A stretch of DNA of 64,000 nt from an uncultured Candidatus Saccharibacteria bacterium. Its GTDB lineage: Bacteria; Patescibacteriota; Minisyncoccia; Minisyncoccales; GBS-2. A program made the position numbers and the translations under genes. Positions within the stretch are counted from its first letter, which is position 1. The number at the start of each line of letters is the position of its first letter. Positions 58,256 through 64,000 of the stretch are shown in pieces. Below the pieces are notes generated by a model. It worked only from the letters and a program-made list of their open reading frames with translations, searched no databases and was not told where the DNA came from. The stretch covers positions 2,263-66,262 of the forward strand of contig CAZQIO010000001.1 of the NCBI GenBank assembly GCA_964593405.1, read 5' to 3'.

Positions 58256-59259
58256 AAGAGAAAAATTTTTTAGATCTTTCATGGAGTTCAATTTTCAAAA
58301 TAGTTGTTACCCTTTTTTTCATTTTTGTCGTTTATAAAATTCAAGAAATTTTAATGCTTGTTATCTTTTCTTTGATCATTTTTCTTTTGTTTGAACCAGC
58401 CATCAATTTTCTAGAAGAAAAAAAGATAAAGAGAGCAATTTCTGTCCCCTTACTTTATTTTTCTTTCTTTTTGATTTTGGGGACATTGACGTTTTTCTTT
58501 TCAGCCCCGATTGTTGGAGAGTTTGATAAATTTGCCAAACGGATCCCAGAACATTTTGAGAAAATTTCCCCTTTTTTTCAAAGACTGGGTATTGAAGCCT
58601 TTGAAAGTTTTGAAAGCTTTACCAAATCTTTCCAAGAATGGTTAATTAGGGCCTCAAGCAGTATTTTCTCTGCCATTTCGGCAATTTTTGGGGGAATATT
58701 TTCCACATTGACCATTTTTTCTTTTTCTTTCTTTTTGTCCCTCGAAGGAAAAGAAATCGAAAAATTAGTGGCCCTTTTTTTGCCCAAAGAAAAACAAGAA
58801 AAAGTTTTAAAGATTTTAAAAAGTTGTCAAGAAAAAGTATCCTTTTGGTTTGCCATTAGGCTTTTGGGTTGTTTTTTTGTCGGGCTTTTCACTTTTTTCA
58901 CTTTGAAGGTTTTAAACATTGAGTATTCCTTTTCTCTTAGTGTTCTGAGTGGAGTTTTAAATTTAATACCGATTCTAGGGCCGATTTTCGCCGCTGCTTT
59001 CGTTGCCATTTTTGTCAGTATAAATTCTTTTTCGAAGGCCATTTTCTTTTTAGTTGCTTTTGTTTTGATTCAACAAATTGAGGGAAATTTTTTAACTCCT
59101 CTCTTTACCAACAAATTGATTAAAATGTCTCCCTTTTTAGTTTTATTTTCCATTTTGGTAGGAGCTAAACTTTTTGGTTTTTGGGGATCGATTTTGGCCA
59201 TTCCCTTGGGTGCAATTTTTTTGGAGTTTTTGAAAGAGTTTTTTGGTAAAGAAAGTTAA
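58252..59259 (+). CDS. AI-2E family transporter
   Basis: LIPILGP, QQIEGNFLTP, ILAIP. Confidence 0.9.
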   Translation: MKEKNFLDLSWSSIFKIVVTLFFIFVVYKIQEILMLVIFSLIIFLLFEPAINFLEEKKIKRAISVPLLYFSFFLILGTLTFFFSAPIVGEFDKFAKRIPEHFEKISPFFQRLGIEAFESFESFTKSFQEWLIRASSSIFSAISAIFGGIFSTLTIFSFSFFLSLEGKEIEKLVALFLPKEKQEKVLKILKSCQEKVSFWFAIRLLGCFFVGLFTFFTLKVLNIEYSFSLSVLSGVLNLIPILGPIFAAAFVAIFVSINSFSKAIFFLVAFVLIQQIEGNFLTPLFTNKLIKMSPFLVLFSILVGAKLFGFWGSILAIPLGAIFLEFLKEFFGKES

Positions 59260-59963
59260 TGGGAATTTTGTATGTAGTCGCTACACCAATTGGTAATTTA
59301 AAAGACATCACCCTCAGAGCCCTGGAAGTTTTGAGGTCAGTCGATTTGATATTGACTGAAGACACAAGAGTAGCCAAAAAACTTTTAGATCATTATGGAA
59401 TAAAAAAACCTCTTTTAAGTTATCATCAACACTCAAAATTAGAAAGAATTAACGAAATTGTTCAACTTTTGCGATCTGGGAAAAATTTAGCTTTAATTTC
59501 TGATGCGGGAACTCCCGGTATTTCCGATCCCGGGGGGAAACTAATAGAAAAACTAAAGGAAAATCTAAAAGAAATTAAAATTGTACCCATTCCTGGACCC
59601 TCTGCTATTGTTGCCGCAGCTTCCGTTTCTGGTTTTCCAATGGACAGGTTTTTATTTTTAGGTTTTTGCCCAAAAAAGAAAAAAAGAAAAAAATTTTTCA
59701 ATGAGGTTTTGAGTTCAAAATATCCAGTTATCTTTTACGAATCTCCCCACCGTCTCATTAAAACTTTAACAGAGCTTTCTTCAATGGCCAAAATTCTTAA
59801 TTTGCGAGTAAAAATTGTAATAGCAAAGGAATTAACAAAAAAGTTTGAAACAATTTTCAGGGGAGAAATTGAAAAGGTGATTGAGCAGCTTCAAAAAGAA
59901 AAAATAAAAGGGGAATTTGTTTTAATAGTTAAGACCGAATCAAATTTGCTTAAAAAACATTGA
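59259..59963 (+). CDS. rsmI: 16S rRNA C1402 2'-O-methyltransferase
   Basis: VATPIGNL.DIT.RA, SDAGTPGISDPG, YESPHR. Confidence 0.96.
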   Translation: MGILYVVATPIGNLKDITLRALEVLRSVDLILTEDTRVAKKLLDHYGIKKPLLSYHQHSKLERINEIVQLLRSGKNLALISDAGTPGISDPGGKLIEKLKENLKEIKIVPIPGPSAIVAAASVSGFPMDRFLFLGFCPKKKKRKKFFNEVLSSKYPVIFYESPHRLIKTLTELSSMAKILNLRVKIVIAKELTKKFETIFRGEIEKVIEQLQKEKIKGEFVLIVKTESNLLKKH

Positions 59964-59981
59964 TTGGTTAAGATAAGTAGT

Positions 59982-60617
59982 ATGGGTTTTCAAAATCTAG
60001 AAAATTTTTCTTTTTCTTTTTTGTTGGCAAACTTTGTTTTGCTTTTTGGAATTTTAGTGGCAAAAATTTTTGAGAGAATATCTTTGAGATTTTTAGAGAA
60101 AATTAAATTAGACCAAATACTAAAGAGAATAGGCTGGAAAGAGGCCACAGAGAGTATTGGGGCAGAAATTTCGCTTCAAAATTTTATCTCCCAATTGGTT
60201 AAGTGGTTTTTTATTTTTTTATTTTTGATGGCCTTTTTTGAGATTTTGCAACTAGAAAAAGTTAGCGAATTTTTCGAGACGATCGTTCGTTACTATCCGA
60301 ACATTTTCATTTCAGTAGTTATTTTTTTGACAGTAGTTTATTTGGTTGATTTTTCAAGAAAAATTTTTGTTGCCTCTTTTGACAAAGAAAAAATTGTTTA
60401 CTCTCCTTTGGTTGGGAAGGGTCTTTCTTTCTTCATTTGGATTTTGACAATTTTGGCAATTTTGTACCAGTTGAAGATCGTTCCAGAGTTAATTTTGGTA
60501 ACATTTGTTGGACTAGTTGGAATGATTTCTTTGGCCGTTGGAATTTCTTTTGGCCTGGGCGGAAAAGATTTTGCCTCAAAATTTTTAAGAGAATTACAAG
60601 AAAAACTCAAAAAATAA
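59982..60617 (+). CDS. TM-helix repeat (MscS N-terminal-like) membrane protein
   Basis: Y.PNI, ISFGLGGKD. Confidence 0.75.
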   Translation: MGFQNLENFSFSFLLANFVLLFGILVAKIFERISLRFLEKIKLDQILKRIGWKEATESIGAEISLQNFISQLVKWFFIFLFLMAFFEILQLEKVSEFFETIVRYYPNIFISVVIFLTVVYLVDFSRKIFVASFDKEKIVYSPLVGKGLSFFIWILTILAILYQLKIVPELILVTFVGLVGMISLAVGISFGLGGKDFASKFLRELQEKLKK

Positions 60618-60619
60618 AC

Positions 60620-62407
60620 ATGGAGTACTTACATAAAGAGGATTTCAAAAGAATGATTTTACTTTCTTTTGAAACTATAGAAAGAGAAAAAGAGACGATA
60701 AACAGAATTAATGTTTTCCCAGTTCCTGACCAAGATACTGGAACAAATTTGGCTGCCACTTTAAGAGGAATGAAAGAAGCTGTAGAAAAGGCAGAATTTC
60801 AGACTTTAGAAAAACTTTCCAGGGCAGCCCTTGAAGGAGCTTTAACAAATGCTCAGGGTAATGCGGGAGTAATTTTTACTGGTTTTTTAGCTGGTTTTTT
60901 GTCTAAGTTTGATAAAAACCCAATTGATGCAAAAAAGTTAGCAGAAGCCTTTGAAGAAGGAAGAAAAAGTGCTCAAAATTCAATTTTAAAACCAAAAGAA
61001 GGGACAATTTTAGATGTAATAGAAGCTACAGCAAAAACTTTTCAAAAAGAGGCAGAAAGAGAGAAAAATATTGTAAAAATTTTTGAAAAAGCGATCGAAG
61101 CAGCAAAAGAAGCTCTTTTGCAAACTAGGGAAAAGCTTGAAATTTTAAAAAGAGCAAACGTTGTCGATGCTGGAGGGCTTGGGTTTTTAATGATTTTGGA
61201 AAGTTATTTGGAGGCACTGCGACCAACAAAAAAAATGGAAAAGGAAAAAGAAAGTTCGGTTCATGAGGTGAAAAAATTTATTCAAGTTTTAAAGAATAGA
61301 TACGAAATAGTTTCTTTGATTTTAAACCCAAAAATTGAGCAAGAAAGGATAAAAGAAAAATTAAAAAAATTTGGCAATTGCATAGACATTGTTTTAGTGG
61401 GTGAAAAAATGAAAATTCACATTCATACAGATTGGCCAGAAGAAGTTAGGGAAGTTTTAAAAACAATTGGAAAGATTGAAGATTTGAGGATCGAAGATAT
61501 GACAAAAGAAGTTAGTGGTGAACCATCTCTTAAAAAAGTTTCGATCGGAATTGTTACAGAGGATGTAGCCTGCCTTTTGCCAAAAATTTTAGAAAGATAT
61601 AATATTGAGTTGGCGCAAACAAAATTTGATTGGCCAGAATTGGAAAAGATTCCTGGAGAGAATATTTATCAAAAAATAAAAAAAGCCTATGAGATTGGAA
61701 TTGAAACAAGACCAAAAACTTCTCAGGCCACCCCAAAATCTTATCTCGATGCTTTTAAAAAGCAACTTCAAAGGTTTGACAAAGTTTTGTGTGTTACTGT
61801 GAGTTCAAAAATTTCTGGTTGCTACAATTCAGCCTGCCAAGCAAAAGAGATGCTGTTAGAGAGTGAAAAAGAAAGAGTTTTTATTTTAGACTCTTTGAAT
61901 GCGGCAGCAGGTCAAGCCCTCTTGATTTTAAGAGCGATTGAATTAATTCAAGAGCAAAGGGAAATGCCAGAAATTTTAGACGCCCTTAAAAGGTTAATTC
62001 CTCAAACCCACACCTACATTATTTTCGCAGACCCAAAAGGACCAGAATTTATTGGGAGAATCACTAAAAGTCAGGCAAACTGGATTAGAAGAATGAAAAA
62101 ATTGGGAATTCATCCCTTGATGGAATTTAAAAAAGGAGTGCTTAAAAAAGGGGGGATGATTTTTGCCAAAGACGAGCCAGAGGCAATTTTCAAAAAAATT
62201 TTAAAAGAAAGTAAAAAAGAGAGAAAATTAGGGAAAAAAATCAGAATTGTCATCAATCACGCCGATAATCTTGAGGGCGCAAAAAAATTAAAGGAAATGT
62301 TAAAGAAAATTGGGGCCGAAGTTTCTTTCATTTCAGAGGGATCACCGATAATTTGTGCGGTAACTGGTCCTGGAACTTTAATTGCCGGCTGGCAAGCGAT
62401 TGAATAA
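60620..62407 (+). CDS. DAK2 (FakA-like) - DegV (FakB-like) fusion
   Basis: INVFPVPDQDTGTN, AQGNAG, EGTILDV, VVDAGG, KIHIHT, then PKTSQ, SSKISG, GPG. Confidence 0.9.
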   Translation: MEYLHKEDFKRMILLSFETIEREKETINRINVFPVPDQDTGTNLAATLRGMKEAVEKAEFQTLEKLSRAALEGALTNAQGNAGVIFTGFLAGFLSKFDKNPIDAKKLAEAFEEGRKSAQNSILKPKEGTILDVIEATAKTFQKEAEREKNIVKIFEKAIEAAKEALLQTREKLEILKRANVVDAGGLGFLMILESYLEALRPTKKMEKEKESSVHEVKKFIQVLKNRYEIVSLILNPKIEQERIKEKLKKFGNCIDIVLVGEKMKIHIHTDWPEEVREVLKTIGKIEDLRIEDMTKEVSGEPSLKKVSIGIVTEDVACLLPKILERYNIELAQTKFDWPELEKIPGENIYQKIKKAYEIGIETRPKTSQATPKSYLDAFKKQLQRFDKVLCVTVSSKISGCYNSACQAKEMLLESEKERVFILDSLNAAAGQALLILRAIELIQEQREMPEILDALKRLIPQTHTYIIFADPKGPEFIGRITKSQANWIRRMKKLGIHPLMEFKKGVLKKGGMIFAKDEPEAIFKKILKESKKERKLGKKIRIVINHADNLEGAKKLKEMLKKIGAEVSFISEGSPIICAVTGPGTLIAGWQAIE

Positions 62408-62408
62408 G

Positions 62409-63275
62409 ATGAAAACAAAACAAAAAATCGGAATAGTGGCTGATGAAGGAGGGGATTTACCAAAAGAATTGATTGAAAAGCATCGAATCTCGATCGTTCC
62501 TTTTAAAGTTGATTTGGGCCAAATGGAAAATTTACCAGGAAGCATTTTTCAAAAAATCAGGGAGGCAGAAAAAAGAGGTTTGAAAAGTTTTGTTAAAACT
62601 TCCCAGCCATCGCCCGGAGATTTTTTAAATGCCTTTAGAGAAAAACTAAAGGAATTTGAAGAAATAATTTGCATTACTGTTACCTCAAAGCATTCAGGGA
62701 CTTTCAATTCTGCTTTGCAGGTTAAAAATTTTTTGGCAGAAAGAGAAAGAATTCATGTTGTAGATTCAATGAGCGTTTCTGGGGGAGAGGGTTTGATCAT
62801 TTTAAAAGCGATAGAATTAATTTCGCAAGGTTTGAAAACAAGAGAGATTTTGGATAAATTGAAAGATTGCATTTTAAAGACAAACCTCATTTTTTTACTC
62901 AAAGACCCAAAATGGTTAGAAAATTCAGGGAGAATTCCAAAGGTTTTGGGTGCTTTTTTGAGAAAAATGCAAAATTTAGGTTTCCATCCAATCTTGGGTG
63001 TAAAAAGAGGAAGGGTGGTGCCTGTTGGAGTTAAAAAAGGAATAGAAGATATGGCCAGCGCCCTTTTTGATGAACTAAAAAAGAAAATTTCAGAGAGAGA
63101 AAAAATTAGCGTTGCCATAACTCACGCCGACAATGAATTTGAGGCAAAAAAATTGGAAAATTTAGTAAAAGGTCTAAAAAATTGTGAAATTAAGTTTTTA
63201 AACATCATCGGAGAAATAGTCGGTGGGCTTTCTGGTCCTGGAGCAGTTGCTCTAGCTTGGCAAACATGCACGTAG
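62409..63275 (+). CDS. DegV (FakB-like) fatty-acid-binding protein
   Basis: KTSQPSPG, TSKHSGTFNSA, VVDS, SGRI, GPGA. Confidence 0.9.
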   Translation: MKTKQKIGIVADEGGDLPKELIEKHRISIVPFKVDLGQMENLPGSIFQKIREAEKRGLKSFVKTSQPSPGDFLNAFREKLKEFEEIICITVTSKHSGTFNSALQVKNFLAERERIHVVDSMSVSGGEGLIILKAIELISQGLKTREILDKLKDCILKTNLIFLLKDPKWLENSGRIPKVLGAFLRKMQNLGFHPILGVKRGRVVPVGVKKGIEDMASALFDELKKKISEREKISVAITHADNEFEAKKLENLVKGLKNCEIKFLNIIGEIVGGLSGPGAVALAWQTCT

Positions 63276-63952
63276 CTTTAATTCCAGACGGAAATAGAAG
63301 ATGGGCAAAAAGAAAAAATTTACCCCCTTGGCAAGGACATATTGAGGGAGCGAAAACTTTAGAAAAAATTTTAGAGAAAGCCTGGGAAATGAAAATTCCT
63401 TATTTTACTTTTTGGGGATCTTCCCTAGATAATTTAACAAAAAGACCAAAAAAAGAAGTTTCGGTTTTATTTTCGCTCTATCAACGATATTTTTCAAAGC
63501 TTTTGAAAGAAAAAAGAATTTTCAAAGAGAAAGTCAAAGTTTCTGTTTTGGGAAGGTGGAAAGAGATTTTGCCAAAGAAAGTAAAAGAAATAATTTTTAA
63601 GCTTGTACAAAAAACAAAAAATCATGATCAATACTTTTTAACTTTTTTGATCGGTTACAATGGCACTGACGAAATGCTGGAGGCAATGAAAAAAATCGCA
63701 AAAAAAGGAATTAAAAAAATTGATGAAAAAATTTTGTTGGAAAATTTGTGGACAGGTTTTTTGCCTCCGGTTGATTTGGTAATTAGAACAGGATGTGAAA
63801 GAGACCCCCACAATTCTGCTGGTTTTATGATGTGGCAGACAGCCTATTCTCAGTTTTATTTCACAAAAACTTTATTTCCAGATTTTTCGCCAGAGGAATT
63901 TGAAAGGGCAATTAAAGATTTTGAAAAAAGAGAAAGAAGGTTTGGGGCTTGA
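63266..63952 (+). CDS. uppS: undecaprenyl diphosphate synthase (cis-prenyltransferase)
   Basis: HVALIPDGNRRWA, DLVIRTG, RERRFG. Confidence 0.93.
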   Translation: MHVALIPDGNRRWAKRKNLPPWQGHIEGAKTLEKILEKAWEMKIPYFTFWGSSLDNLTKRPKKEVSVLFSLYQRYFSKLLKEKRIFKEKVKVSVLGRWKEILPKKVKEIIFKLVQKTKNHDQYFLTFLIGYNGTDEMLEAMKKIAKKGIKKIDEKILLENLWTGFLPPVDLVIRTGCERDPHNSAGFMMWQTAYSQFYFTKTLFPDFSPEEFERAIKDFEKRERRFGA

Positions 63953-64000
63953 AAGTAAAAGCATGAAAAAAATTAGTTTGATAGCCGGAGAAACTGCTTC

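Noticed and set aside
7167-60619. Long N-terminal extensions in the ORF track (7167, 41378, 42205, 47568, 53012, 60437)
   Set aside because: They overlap upstream genes, and family homology starts at later ATGs
879-63118. Many 60-125 aa ORFs antisense or out of frame within long genes
   Set aside because: Shadow ORFs of Lys/Glu-rich genes (Phe/Ser/Leu-rich translations) with no motifs

Overview
Gene-dense, AT-rich, Lys/Glu-rich bacterial chromosome segment (code 11). Gene content and order (smpB-ssrA-infC-rpmI-rplT; argS-ileS-recO-glyS-M16-AI2E-rsmI; atypical Gre factor) suggest a Patescibacteria/Parcubacteria (CPR) genome, possibly thermophilic; this is inference, not a database match. The backbone encodes four aminoacyl-tRNA synthetases, three tRNAs, a compact tmRNA, amino-sugar/peptidoglycan genes, DNA repair genes and several genes of archaeal-type families. 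A ~14 kb accessory region (27074-41040) lies between three copies of the yjbQ 5' end. It holds a decaying archaeal-type integrative element (SSV/pTN3-like integrase with an internal archaeal tRNA 3' half, VirB4/HerA-like ATPase) and an unexplained dikinase/radical SAM/acyl-adenylate ligase operon. Most interesting: a head-to-head Elp3 + Trm9-like pair (eukaryote/archaea-type mcm5U pathway), the archaeal element and its yjbQ insertion hotspot, a palindromic element found twice inside coding sequence, an unclassified structured RNA, a leader-peptide switch before greA, a tmRNA lacking pk1, and a FakA-FakB fusion. All calls come from reading motifs by eye; no searches were run.
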